Source of the DNA: Eledone cirrhosa
Taxonomy: Eukaryota
DNA length: 64,000 nucleotides
NCBI GenBank assembly: GCA_964016885.1
Contig: OZ024741.1
Coordinates: 354,950,001-355,014,000 of the forward strand
Direction of reading: 5' to 3'
The notes beneath the pieces are model-generated. The model had not been told where the DNA came from and did not search any database. It saw only the letters and a program-made list of their open reading frames with translations. Shown here piece by piece: positions 25,753 through 38,989 of this stretch (the first letter of the stretch is position 1; every line of letters starts with the position of its first letter). A program made the translations under genes and the position numbers.

Positions 25753-25943
25753 GTACCCTAAAAACCCGAACTATTACTACATCAACAGCCACCCAAAAAT
25801 ACGCAACACAATGAGCATTGATGGAGAAAACTACCTCCATCCTCAAAACAAAACTAATCTAAGAGGTCACTTGGAGTCGTACCCTGTGAAGGAAATTATA
25901 CCAACCAAAAAGCATGTGGGACGTTTTGAGAGATTTGATTCAG
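25753..25943 (+). CDS. Putative internal coding exon of an unidentified host gene
   Basis: Acceptor 'tctctattacAG|g' and donor 'cag|GTAAGA'. The exon is 191 nt with only one open frame (YPKNPNYYYINSHPKIRNTMSIDGENYLHPQNKTNLRGHLESYPVKEIIPTKKHVGRFERFDS). The sequence is non-repetitive. Confidence 0.5.
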
Positions 25944-28066
25944 GTAAGATATATTACAATAGATATGGCTGGATGGTTAACAAATTTGTTTCACAATAAT
26001 GAGGTCTTGGGTTTGATACTGCTACATGGCATCTTCGGCAAATATCTTTACAATAGTCTCAGGTTGAAGTGTCTTGTGAGTAAAATTGGGTAAACAAAAA
26101 CTGTGTGGAAGGATTGAACCTGTAATGCAAAGGTGTAGCCTGGTCACAGAGTTAGAGCGTTATGAGAGAGGGAGAGATAGGGTGGGGTGAGTGATGGGGA
26201 AAGAGATAGAGATGGGGGAGAGATGGGGAGAATGTGAGATAGGTTGAGGTAGGACAGAATGGAAAAGTGATGAAAAGGTTGAGAGAGAGAGCATAAGAAG
26301 AAATAAATAAAGAAGAAAGGGAGGAGAGAAAGACAATATATAAAGCAAGAGAGAGAAGTAGTTGTTAATGTTGATGAAATTAAAATAAGCTGAACTATTT
26401 GACCTTTACCAAAAGTACCCATTTAAACTGGCTGATAACTTCCAAATTGGTCAATTCATTAAATGAACAGAATAATTACTGGTTCTCTTTCTCCAAGCTC
26501 TGATTCTTGCAATTTCCTCATTTCTCTATTTTTTTCTTCTTGGTAGCACTTCTCATTTATGTTACTTAAAGTCTTTCCTCGTTAATTTTTTGTAATTAAA
26601 TAAAGTTAGTGTTAATTATACTTCAAATGAGAGCATGGATGTAAGCCAAAACTCTCGAACACTGGATCAAATTAAATTTTTTGTATTTAATATTTGGTTA
26701 ACTTAGGAAATATTGGAGGATTTGAAATTTGAATATATAGTTGCCACAGTACTGATAACTATCATAATAGTTGATATCTATAAATTATAGTTTAATAAAT
26801 CATAGTGGTTAAATACAGTTATCTGACATACAAGAAATGCATTGTTTGATTTCCTGCAGGCATCTGTCTACTTGTTTTCCCATCTCCAGTAGGGAGTATT
26901 TTACCCAATTTATTCAACTGTTATTGTAGTTATTTACATTGTAGCGAGTATATTTTCAGATTTTTAAAATTTAGATTCTCTTTGTAATTGTGTATGTTCA
27001 AAACTGTGTAACATGTGGCCCTACTTCAAAGCAAATCTTTCAAATGTGTTAGAGGAACGTTTAGACAAGGGGCCTGTTTATCAATTCAAATCCTCTATCA
27101 TATGTTGGGTCAGAAGTTTCCTGCCAGACCATTCCATTGCAGCATGCTTGATAGGATCTCCTTATCCCACATACTATTGACTGATGCAGCACATTTACCT
27201 TCTGTTTTTTTAAACCCTTTAGCATTTACTTTTCTCTGTATATACTATTATATTTTCACAGTAAACACTTTTCACATAATTATCTCACATACTATGGAAT
27301 GAAATTTTGATATTATTTATTTTGAGAACAATACCTTAACATAAGAATGAGCAGCCAGTTATGGCCAGTTTGAACAAAGAGGTGACAGAATTCTGGCCAG
27401 TTTAAATGCTAAAGGTTTAAACCATATTTCTAATAAAATATATACCCAATGTGTTTCAATTAATTTAAAAAATAATCAAGATTTAGCAATATAAACTTTT
27501 TCATTAAGTTGGTATTTGGAACAAAGTTTTTTACATGAAATTATAATGTCTTTTAGATAAATATAAACACTTTTAAAAAAATGGCTATGTATCATAAAAC
27601 TATGGGCAGTTTGGGATGGTTTGGTATTAAAAGCGTTAATCTATTTTTAAAAACATATTTCTAATAAAATATGTTCTCTTTGTGTTTCAATTAATTTTGC
27701 AAATAATCAGAGAAATTTAGTAAAATAACTAACTTTTTCATCATTCATTATATTAAGTAATTTGAAGAAGTATAGTTTAATGTGAGATCGATATGTTCGT
27801 CTCATTGATAGTTAGCAGCTGCACTGGGATAAACTGTCATTTGTTGTTTGGAACATAAAAGAAAGTTCTTACACAAAATCATGATGTCTGTATGAATTCA
27901 TAACTCCTGTTTGAGTTTTAGGGCCACTGTAGTGATATAAGGCATGCCTTGGGCATTTTAAAACTGGTGGAGCCCATCCCCTCTTCAGGTCTGAACACAA
28001 CTGATTTCTTCTTGAGAATGAGAGAGAGAGAGAGGGAGGAAGAATTGACCCCAGTACTGGACTGGT

Positions 28067-28225
28067 AAGGCGGTGAATTGCCAGAGTCGTTAGAACATCG
28101 GATAGAATGCTTTGTAGTAGTCATTTCGGCTTTCTGCTCTCTGAGTTCAAATCCCGCCGAGGTCAACTTTGCCTTTCATTCATTCATGGTCGATAAAAAA
28201 AATACCAGTTAAGTACTGGGCTCGA
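28067..28225 (+). mobile_element. tRNA-derived SINE (gtcgataaa...taccagt family)
   Basis: A box ggcggtgaattgccagagtcgttag, B box gagttcaaatccc and the conserved central domain. An opposite-strand copy lies at ~28420-28560. Confidence 0.75.
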
Positions 28226-28814
28226 TTCTTCGTCTATATCTCATTATCACGACCTTTCTCTCACTCTCTCTATCCTTCTCTGGAAGAACTCTGCTGTATA
28301 CAGGCCTGGAGAGGAGATGGGCTTTTCGAGGCTTAAAAAATGCCCTAGAATTACCGTATGTCAATATTACACCCCTACGACTCCTCAGGAATTATGGGTC
28401 CATACCATACCATATTGGACCGGTACATTTTTTATTGACCCTGAAAGAATGAAAGACAAAGTTGACTTCAGCAGGATTTGAACTCAGAGTACAGAGAGCT
28501 GCAACAAATACCATGGAGTATTCTATCTGATGTTCTAACAATTCTGCCAACTTACTATCTAATTTGTCCTGTAGTGTTCAAGAGTTGTTAGGACGTCATT
28601 AGTTTTAAAATGCCCAAAACACACCAAGTGTCAGGTCAGCGACTCTAAAACTCCATCAGGAGTTAAATGTCCTTTACTTTCTTTCCTAATAGTCAAATAA
28701 TGTGACACCAAACAAATTCTGATGTAGTTTATACTACTAGGACTTTTTTCCATACCCTGATGCATATGTGTATATGTGTTTGCGTGTGTGTATGTGCATA
28801 TGCATACATTTATA

Positions 28815-29150
28815 TGTCACAACACGTAAAGAGAGAGAAGTAGTTTGACTACCTCCTTCTACTCTCTCTTTACATCTGCTGCCTGCATGAATGTATGTGT
28901 GTAAAAGAAAGAAGGGGTGGTGAAAAACTATGCAGTGTATGAGTGTATGTGTATGTGTGAGTATGTGTAAATGTGTGTGTGTGTGTGTGTGAATGTTTGT
29001 GTGTATGTGTGTGTGTGAATGTATGTCTGTGAGTGTGCCCTTTTGTAAAGTGTGTTTCTTTTACACACATACATTCATGCAGGCAGCAGATGTAAAGAGA
29101 GGGTAGAAGGAGGTAGTAAAACTATTTCTCTCTCTTTACGTGTTGTGACA
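28815..29150. repeat. Inverted repeat with ~96-bp arms (28815-28910 / 29055-29150)
   Basis: tgtcacaacacgtaaagagagaga...gtgtgtaaaagaaa pairs with tttcttttacacac...tctctttacgtgttgtgaca, with few mismatches. Confidence 0.9.
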
Positions 29151-29707
29151 GAATCGCAGAAATTTATATATAGTTTACAATTGTTTGGTGTCAGACCTTC
29201 ATCATTTTCCTCTGATTCTAGATTTTACCTTTTACATTATAAGTTCTATGAAATGCAGCATATGTTTAAATAAGAATGTTTATATAACTTAGTACTTTTT
29301 ATTTTCTATGTACGTCACTAGGACGTTTATCATTCAGTACTTAAAGTTTGTGTGAGTTTGTATGTGATTGTGTGTGTATTTGGGTTCAGGAACCGGGGGT
29401 AGGGAGGGAAAGAGGAAAGGCAAGAGGAAGAAGAAACTCGAAGGAGAAATATGATTAAAGAGTGAAAGAAAGAGAGAGAGAAAGAGGGAGAGTGTGTGCG
29501 TGTGTATATGAAAGAGAAAGCGGGGAGAAAGAGACGGAGAAAGAAAACATTCACTGCTATGAAGAGAAGGAGTGGAGAGGATTAGAGAGCGATAGAAAGA
29601 GAGGCGAGCGAACTAGGGAAAGAAAGAAACTGGTGCTGTTACTGTTAGAGAAATTGATGCTTTACTACGAACAGACGAAAAATCGAAAGAACAGACGGCA
29701 CATCTAA

Positions 29708-29901
29708 TAATTGTTTCTACTTTTGGCACAAGGCCAGCAATTATCCCAGTGTATTACTGGTACTTTATTTTATCGACCCCCCGTAAGGATGAAAGGCAAA
29801 GTTAACCGCGGCAGGATTTGAACTCAGAATGGAAAGGGCCGTAACTCTTTGCGTCAAACTTGGCGTCCGACCCTCTACCTATACTGCCAATCCACCGCCT
29901 C
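29708..29901 (-). mobile_element. tRNA-derived SINE, full-length copy with target-site duplication
   Basis: It is the reverse complement of the 38485-38672 type. 'agacggcacatctaataat' is repeated on both flanks (~29693 and ~29905). Confidence 0.8.
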
Positions 29902-29924
29902 ATTAGACGGCACATCTAATAATG

Positions 29925-32900
29925 ATAATGAAATTATTGTGTAAAGTGCTCAGGTGCACTACAACTCGTCAAAGGTGCATGTATAGTACATAGAATGTAT
30001 ACAAATGTCAGGGAAGTGAATAGTGTATGAGTCAAGATATACATGTGTGTATGTGTATGGTGGGGGAATATTAGGTGTAGTGTTGGCGAATCTCAGGAAG
30101 CATGGAGGTTTTAAAGGATGCAGTGTCTCGGCAGCTAACAACTGATGCAGGGAGTTTGTTCCATGCTTCAGCAACTCTGAGCGTGAAAAAATGTTTCTGA
30201 AAGTCATGGGAGCTGTGCTGTTTTCTGACTTTGTGGGCATGCCCACGTGAGTTAGACACATGGAAATCAAAAAGGTACTCAGGGTTGTTGTTGGCAAGAT
30301 GGTTAATAATTTTGTGGGTGTTTACCAAGTCAGTTGCCAGATGTCAGTGCTTCAATGTATCCATGCCCAGGGAGGCAAGGTGTTCAGAGTATGGTAGATG
30401 CCTGATGGAGGGTATTCGCTTGGTTGCAAGTCTCTGAACAGTTTTCAGGCGGTCAATGTTCTGAGCAAGATAGGGGTTCCAGACTGGTAATGCAAATTCT
30501 AAGTGTGCCCACACCATAGTCATGTACAACTTTAAATAGATAGCTGGAGAGCAGCTGACAAAGGTCTTGCTGAGTGATGCTAAGACACCCTCGAGCTTCT
30601 TGACAATTTTAGAGACGTACTTCGTCCAACGCAAATCGCTGCTGACCGTAATGCCCAGGTCACGTTCACAAGACTTCTTGATATTAGTGTTGTGGAGGGA
30701 GTATATGGACGCTGGGTTTTTACTCCCAAAATGCATGGTGGTGCACTTGTCCACAGCTAGCTTGAGTTGCCAGTCTGTGATCCATTGTTGCATTGTGTCC
30801 AGGTCAGATTGCAAGCAAGATCTATAGTGTTCAGGATCTGACCTTTTTATCTCAAGTTACAGCTTGATGTCATCTTCATATTTCAGTACTGTGGCATTCT
30901 TTAAGTTGGCATCTATGTCATTAATATATGCCACAAATAAAAGGGGGCCAAGAACAGATCCCTGTGGTACACCAGATGACATCTCATATGGTGATTCCCA
31001 GAACCGTGACTACCTCTCTTCGACTGAGAATGAAGGACTTCAACCAGTTAAAAAGATCATCCTTCAAACCCATTGCAGAGAGTTTTGCCATAAGCCTTTT
31101 GTGTGGCACAGAATTGAAAGCTTTAGCAAAGTCAAGGTACACAACATCTACCCATGAGCTGCGATCAGTGATCCAGGTCATCTCTTCAAGAAACTCGATA
31201 AGTTGATCACAGCAGCTGGAGATAGGGATAAATCCAAATTGCGAGAGCCGGATAACACTGTGAGAGTTCCAGAAGTTCCAAAGCGTTCTTCTGATACAGG
31301 ATTCCATCAGTTTGGCAATGCAGCTAGTAAGACTTACTGGACGATAGTTCACAGGTAATGTGCGGTCACCCTTTTTGAACAGAGGAATGACACTGGCAGT
31401 TTTCCACAATGAGTTTTCCACAGTTTTCAGCAATGAGCTCTGCACATTCCTTGGGGTCGTCAGTAACCTGGCTTGTGTGGGGATTGCGAAGAGGACCAAC
31501 TGGAGAGTGAGACCTCTGCTTTGAGTGAACATACTTCCAGAACACCTTACTGTCAGGGCTGGTTGCTATGCACTGCTCAAATTGAAGCACTGCCTTTTTT
31601 GTCACCTGTTTGAGATGGTTGGATGATTTATTTCGCCTCTTCCTATTGATATCTGATTTATGCAGTTTGTACTACAACGTTCTTTAGCATTACAACGTTC
31701 TTTTCTGGCAAGACAGACTGCTGCAGTCTCCCAAATTGCAGTTTTGGGATGTTTTTTCTGCTTACGTGGCGCCGATGCTGCACAAGCTGTCCATATTGAG
31801 CTCAGGATGTTCTGGAGTACAGTGTTGACATCTCCAGAGTCGTAGAACTCAAGCCAGTTTGGACGTTGCAACTCGGTGCAGTAACAGTTCCAGTCTGCTT
31901 TATTCCAGTCAAAGTGAGCAGTTTGGAGATGGTTGTGGTTTTTGTTACTGCCCATAAGGGATAGATTGGCAATGATCATAGCATGATCAGAGTCACCTAA
32001 AGGTTCTTCAACAGTAACACTAATAACCATTTCAGGAGAAGTGGTGAAGAGTAGGTCCAAAGTGTTGTCACCTCTTGTTGGGGAGGTGACTACTTGGGAC
32101 CAATTCGAGTCCAGCACTAACTCAAGGAAGTCATTTGCACTTGGCGACCAATGAAAGGTTTCCCAGTCAATCTCAGGGTGATTGAAGTCCCCTGCAATAA
32201 AAACATAAGTGGCTGTTTTTCTGGCAGCAACTCTGCGGATATCACAAAGTTGAGTGTCCTGGTGATAATTTGGGGGACGGTAAACGACTCCAAGTAGCAG
32301 TGTTGACATGGTCATACGTATATCGCAGAAAAATACTTCCTGCTGCGATTGGTTCAAATCAACAGAAGGAATTGCTGACAAATTTGACCGAATGTAGACC
32401 ATTACACCACCACCACAACGATTAATGCAGTCTTTACGAAACAAGTTGTAGCGAGTTATGCTGAAAATCCCATCACAGAGTAAGGAATGTGCCCAAGTTT
32501 CCGTGACTGTAATGAAGTCAGGGTTGATACATAGGAGTCAAAAAGATGAATCTTATTGCATAGACTACGTGCATTCAAGGACAACAATTTGTACCTTGAT
32601 TCCAGTCTATGATTATGTGCAGGGGATGGCAGGTTGTTCTGATTTAGTTTCCCAGAGTTTTTTCAGTTTTTTTATTGTCAGTTGTGGGTACAGTGTTTTC
32701 AGACCAGCTGGTACTCTTTTCCATGTTTCACCAGCCTTAACAAACTTCTATATCTGCCCATCATCACGTAGGCTGAAGCTTTCATGGTTCTGCCGAGCTG
32801 CGGTTTAAGGAAGCTGCAGCACGCAGCTTTGGGCGGACATCAGGTGGAAGACCAGGACGTGTTCGGAAAGCAATCCGACTTTCATGCCTAGCTTTATCAG

Positions 32901-33585
32901 AGGCTACAAGGTATGAACATGCCTCAGTTGAGTTCGAAAAAGACAGTCTAATTAGCCTGGGTTTCGGACCTGGTCGGCCAAGGCGTAGAGCACCCTTCGT
33001 GGGAGCATAGCCCAAGTCTTTGGATGAACTGGCAGCAAATACCTGAAGATCAACTATGTCTTCTGGTACACCAATGGCAAATCACTTCGTGGTTTGCAGA
33101 TTCAGTGGCATTTTCAATGCTTCTAGGTTCGACAAGAGGTACGCGGAGATTTTTTAACAAGGGACTCCGGTGAGATCCCTCATTGTGAGGAACACTTGAT
33201 TTTATTCCCGCTATTTCTTGGCTTAAAGTGGAAATCATTTGCTGTATTTCCTCAAACTCCGTATTGACGGTCACTTTTTGTTGTTGTTCTTCTCCTTCAA
33301 CAGGCATGGTAGGGGAAGACACAGTCGTCAGTTGTTGTTGTTGTTGAAAAGTAATGGGGGAGAAAGACATGGGTTGCTGTTATTGATGAAGTCCTTCAGC
33401 GGGGGTAGTAGCAGAAGCTACGGTCGTTGGTTTTTTGGTTTTGGGTTTTTGCTGTTGTTCAGGAACAATGGTAGAGGAAGACACGATCTTCGGTTTTTGT
33501 TATTGTTCAGCAGCAATGGTAGAGGCAGACATACAAGCCAGGCACTGAAAGGACCAATTTGTTAGCTGGACCATTTCCCAGAGCC
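29925..33585 (-). mobile_element. CR1-clade LINE, near full-length but frameshifted (ORF1 remnant, APE, RT)
   Basis: APE: GGGVMVYIR, GVVYRPP, AGDFNHP, PTRGDNTLDL and SDH. RT: NYRPVSLTS, VDVVYLDFAKAFNSVPHKRL and a YADD decayed to YEDD. C-terminal ERDLGI, VQRLATK and RGH. The 3' tail is (ATT)n-like. Confidence 0.9.
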
Positions 33586-33814
33586 CATCCATCTCGTGAT
33601 GTTGTTGCTGTTTAACACCAGGTCAGCTTTGATCAAACTAACTTATGATCAAAACCATTCCAGTCGTGACAGTCACGCCTTTTTCCTTGTACGTATACTG
33701 TATCTAGAACTACATTATCCACTGTAGCATATGATTTGAGGATATGGCTGCTATTTCTTGCAGCTTGTGTGGCTTTCATTTTGACGTTATATATTAAAGA
33801 AGCCATGTGTGAAC

Positions 33815-34035
33815 ACACATGGCGTAGTGGTTAAGGTGTTTGGCCCACGATCATAAAATCGTGAGCTCGATTCCCAGTGGCACGGTGTGTCCTTAAGCAA
33901 GATATTTTATTTCACGTTACTCCATTTACTCAACTGGGGAAATGGGTTATACTTGTAATTGAAAGCGTCAACTATGTTACACACCGTGCCATGCTGAATC
34001 TCCCTGAGAACTACGTTAAGAGTACACGTGTCTTG
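33815..34035 (+). mobile_element. tRNA-derived CORE-type SINE
   Basis: A box tggcgtagtggttaagg, B box gctcgattcc and core gtgtgtccttaagcaagatattttatttcacg. Confidence 0.7.
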
Positions 34036-34740
34036 CAAGTTAGTTTCATGAAGAATCAACTGGAATACACTTCTTCTTCCTTCAAGTACCAGATTTAATA
34101 ATTTTCTCTGAAATCAGTCTAATTTTCAAATTCCGTTCCCTGAAAATTGAAACTCAATAATACGGTCCCACAACCTATTGCCACACCTACAATCACCACG
34201 CTACTATCATCCATTCCCTCATTTAGACCGGAACTAATCTCACTCAAACCCAACCACAATTATTACACAACTCCCTTGTAACACCTTTGCCTTCACTTCT
34301 AAACAAAGTCACTACACACTCACACAGATACATCTGCCATTACACCAACACCACATGATTTTATATGATGTTTTAAAGTTTTTTCTTTTCACCCTTAACA
34401 TACACCTTACTATATTAGTTTTCTTGAGTTCCAGCCTTCTATATTTCTTTAACTTCTTATAAACTCCTTATAGAGTCATATTTTAAACCTAGTGGGGCCC
34501 ATCATTTTCCAGATCTGAACACAGCTGATTTCTTTTCTTAAGGAGATAGAGAGGAGGGTAAGATAGAGAGAGATAGTAAGAGAGAAAGAGAGAGAGAGAG
34601 AGCGAAATTACTTCAGTACTAGACTAGTACTTTAATTATCAACATTGAAAGGATGAAAGGCAAAATTGAACTTGGCAGGATTTGATCTCAAAGCACAGAT
34701 GGCTGGAACAAATACTGTAGAGCATTCTATTTGGTGTTAA

Positions 34741-35125
34741 TTGGACGACAAGGTCACTTCAGAAGCTCTCTACATTCCAGAACCACATCATAGACTTATG
34801 ACTGGCAAGTGGCTCAGCAACTGTATCTATATCAGTGAGCTGCTCAACATTACCAAACTTAGACCAATTACATCAATTGTCAAGTCAAGAGTACTCAAAC
34901 TATACGGTCATATAAAAAGATCAACTCGTGATGTGGGTAGGTTATGCCTGGAAGGAAGGTTGGCTTGTAAGAGAAGTAGAGGCTGGCAACTAAAATGATA
35001 GCTTGACAATGTCAACTTATGGACTGGACTTGATCTTTGCTCTTTGAACTCTGCTGCTGGTGATTGAACTTTGTGGAGAGAGATATCACATGTTGATGTG
35101 CAGTCTGCAACTGGCGGAGTTTAGT
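34741..35125 (+). mobile_element. RTE LINE 3' fragment
   Basis: Translation IVKSRVLKLYGHIKRS...LEGRLACKRSRG. Confidence 0.65.
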
Positions 35126-36085
35126 GTCATAAGAATTCTATTTGGTGATCTAAGGATTCCGCCAAATCAGAACCAGGGTTGAGTCCATACAAAGCTGGTT
35201 ATAGACCTGGGCCAGATGTGAAATATAGCTTCAGTTTTATAGCTATCTTTAAAACAGACAGAATTTGATTTACTTTAAAAGTGTCTGACAGACAAGTAAA
35301 GGATCATCTATTCTTCTCCATCTTTGTAGCCCTTCTTAGAACCCAGATTTTCTTCTGCTTTTTATATATGTTCATTTTTGTTGTCCATTTCACAAAGCAA
35401 TGAGGGAGCTTCTATGCAGTTGCTTGACCTGCTAGAAATAGCAGACTAATATATCTCCTATCACACTCTACCTTCGTAGAAAAGAACGGTACACAGGACA
35501 ATGTACTCCTAGGTGCACTGTGCTGTGGGAAAAAAAAACTGGAATAGCCATGGCTGGAATTCTTTACATCAGGGACTTGCTTGATATGGGATAACCCAGG
35601 GCTAAACAACTTCTTTTCTCTTCTACTTCTTTCTTCTCATCCTCTCTGCACCTCTCCACCTATCTGCAATTATTTGTTTAGCTTTCTCTCTTACTAAACA
35701 CAAATATGCCCCCCCTCCCCCCCACACACACAAATAGGAGGGCTTAAATATTCTTATGTTGTTTGTAGATGAATTGGTTGGCTGGTTGATTGGTGAGTAC
35801 TAGATGAACTTACTCACAGAGTTGTCATGCTGTAATTCAGAAATCTTAATGGTTATATATATATATATATATATGTATATGTATATGTATGTGTATGTGT
35901 GTCTTTATGTGTGTGTGTGTATATATATATATGTGTGTATATATATATATACATATATGTGTGTGTGTATATATATATGTGTATATATATGTGTGTGTGT
36001 GTATATATATATATATGTGTGTGTGTGTGTATATATATATGTGTATATATATATGTGTGTGCGTGTATATGTATATAATATATAT

Positions 36086-36821
36086 ATCATCATCATCATC
36101 ATTTTATGTCCGCTTTTCCCTGCTTGCAAGGGTGGGACGGGAACTGATTCTGGCTTGATTTCTACAGCTGGATGCCCTTCCTAACACCAACCTCATTTAC
36201 AGTGAGTGCTGGGTGCTTTTTTTTCCGTGGGGCCTACACGTCCACTTTACAGTGGAAAGATAGGGACCCCAGACCCCTTCATCTCATTTCTACAGCTGAG
36301 TAAACTGGAGCAACGTGAAATAAAGTGTCTTGCTCAAGGAAACAACACATCATCCGGTCCGAGAATTGAACTTACATCTATATATATAGTTGGATAACAT
36401 CCATGAGCTTGACTGGTCGCACTTGGACCTACTGGAAGGAGTGTATAAGGACTCTGCCCCACAACCCTCTCAGGAATAAGTGGGCAAAGAAGATATCATT
36501 TTTTCATCATTTCATTTTACGTCCACTTTTCCCTGCTTGCAAGGGTGGGATGGGAACTGATTTTGGCTTGATTTCTACAGCTGGATGCCCTTCCTAACAC
36601 CAACCTCATTTACAGTGAGTGCTGGGTGCTTTTTGTCGTGGCACCTACACGACCACTTTGCAGTGGAATGATAGGGACCCCAGTCCCTATCATCTCATTT
36701 CTACAGCTGAGTAAACTGGAGCAATATGAAATAAAGTGTCTTGCTCAAGGAAACAACACATCACCCGGTCTGAGAATTGAACTCACAACCTTTCGATTGC
36801 AAGGCCAATGCTCTAACCACT
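36086..36821 (-). mobile_element. Two composite SINE copies (CORE-like head + RTE tail)
   Basis: 36086-36375 and 36500-36821 are both near-identical to 5177-5504. Confidence 0.8.
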
Positions 36822-37998
36822 ATATATATATATCCAAAACAAGAGGGTGGACACACAGGACAAAGACAATAGAAAAATGAAAAGACCCTTGTCCTCAGTA
36901 AACATCTGGTAATCACTATAGTTTTATTGCATGTGTGTATATATGTGTGTGTAACAGAATAACAGGAAGACAGTCACCCAGACAGAAAGATGGAGACAGA
37001 GAGAGCTGGGCAGTAGGAGAGTGAGTGTCTCATAAGTAAGGCAGCATTTGAATAATTGTTTAAATAATTCACATTGTAAAACATAGTGCTATGATTCTAA
37101 TGCACACATACATACATACATATACCCACACAGGCATATATATGGGAGTGGGGTGTATGTGTGTGTGTAGAAACTTGACAAACAAAACGTTGAACAGCCT
37201 TTTCAGTTGTGTCAAGGGCATGACAACCTCTCTAGTGTTGGTAACATGATAAAATGTACTCATTGCACCATATAGAGTAGGCCAGAAGCTCCGATCAAGC
37301 CCTGACCTGGTCTGAGATAACTTATCCAATCCTTGCTAGCAAAGAAAAGAAAGATTTAATAATTGTTTCTACTTTTGGCACAAGGCCAGCAACAATTATC
37401 CCAGTATATTACTATTACTTTATTTTATCGACCTGTAAGGATGAAAAGCAAAGTTAACCTCAGCGGGATTTGAACTCAGATCATAAAGGGCCGTAACTCT
37501 ATGCTGCAAAGCATGGCGTCCGACTCTCTACTGATACAGATTAAATAATGATATGTGTAGTTATTTTATAACTATATTACACATTTGTTTGGAATATATG
37601 CTGGTTTCACATAGAAATCATGCCCCATAAGGTGTTAAATATACACTCTGGTTAAAAAAAATACCTTTTTAGACCTAGTATTGCAAGAATTAGAAAGAAT
37701 CTGTAAGAGAAGGAAGGAAAGAGACAATATCCCAGTGAACTAACCCATTACGATTAATGCTGCCTCCCATACCTTTTCTACTTGATACATGATATTCTAA
37801 AATCGCTTGGTATGCAAATGAGGTTAATCAGTCGATGTATACATTTGAGAATACTATGTATTCTCAGCAGTTCAGTGTGTAGCAGTGACAAGAATACACA
37901 ATCTTGATAAGGAGCAAAATCTCCTAAACAATCAACATTTATTTAGTGTATATTGTACAAAATATAATTTAGAGATATATCAGATGAAACAATGGTAT

Positions 37999-38386
37999 TT
38001 AACTAATGTATTGGTACACAACCCCGGCGGACAGAATGGAGACGGCGTTTCCCCAGTGGACGGCAATGGAGACGCGCTGGAAAAGCCACTCCGACTCGCG
38101 GGGCTCACACCTGCGGCTGGTCAGCTCAGCGCCTATGGTGGTGAGTAAGGAGATAGCCCTGGGGCCAAGGACACCAGAAGTCTCCACTGCCAGGGGAACG
38201 ACCGCAAACCTGTCGGAGAGCGACCGGTATTTGAGGAGTTTGGCCCCCTCAGCCCGACATGCAGCAGAACCTGGGTCAGTCGCAGACTGCACCAGGTTGC
38301 GGCTGCAGATAGTGTCAGTGCAAGTGGCATCCCAGACGAGGGGTTTGCCACCGCGGAACGGGAAGATGGTCATGCCATCTGGCCTG
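37999..38386 (-). mobile_element. CRE-clade non-LTR retrotransposon 3' fragment encoding a restriction-like endonuclease
   Basis: RPDGMTIFPFRGGKPLVWDATC...KLLKY...VPLAVETSGVLG...LFQRVSIAVHWGNA is the PD..D-type RLE C-terminus typical of CRE elements. It is a GC-rich island. Confidence 0.85.
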
Positions 38387-38484
38387 ATTGTTTTCCCTCA
38401 GCTAACACTGGAACAAAGGATGACATTGGTCATCTAACTCATGGTGTTTATGAGGTCGTTTGCTTGCAAACAAACCGAATATTA

Positions 38485-38672
38485 TGGTAGATTGGCAGTA
38501 TCGGTAGAGGGTTGGACGCCATGCTTTGCAGCAAAGAGTTACGGCCCTTTATGGTCTGAGTTCAAATCCCGCCGAGGTTAACTTTGCCTGTCATCCTTAT
38601 GGCGTCGATAAAATAAAGTACCAGTAATACACTGAGATAATTGTTGGCCTTGTGCCAAAAGTAGAAACAATT
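38485..38672 (+). mobile_element. tRNA-derived SINE, full-length copy
   Basis: A/B boxes, central domain ctttgcctgtcatccttatggcgtcgataaaataaagtaccagt and a (TTA)n tail. An inverted copy lies at ~37360-37540. Confidence 0.8.
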
Positions 38673-38706
38673 ATAATAATATTATTATTATTATTCACTC
38701 ACGAAT

Positions 38707-38737
<31 letters not shown>

Positions 38738-38836
38738 TTTAAGGTATCACAACATATATATGTATGACGATTATGTTCCTCGGCAGAAAAATTCAATTGA
38801 CATTTGTCCAGAGCATTGTTAATTCAAATTAGAATA

Positions 38837-38915
<79 letters not shown>

Positions 38916-38989
38916 CCATATATCGTTTGAGAAACACATAGTATTTTGTACATTTATGAGCTTCTTATATTGTAACTAGTACTTCGCAG

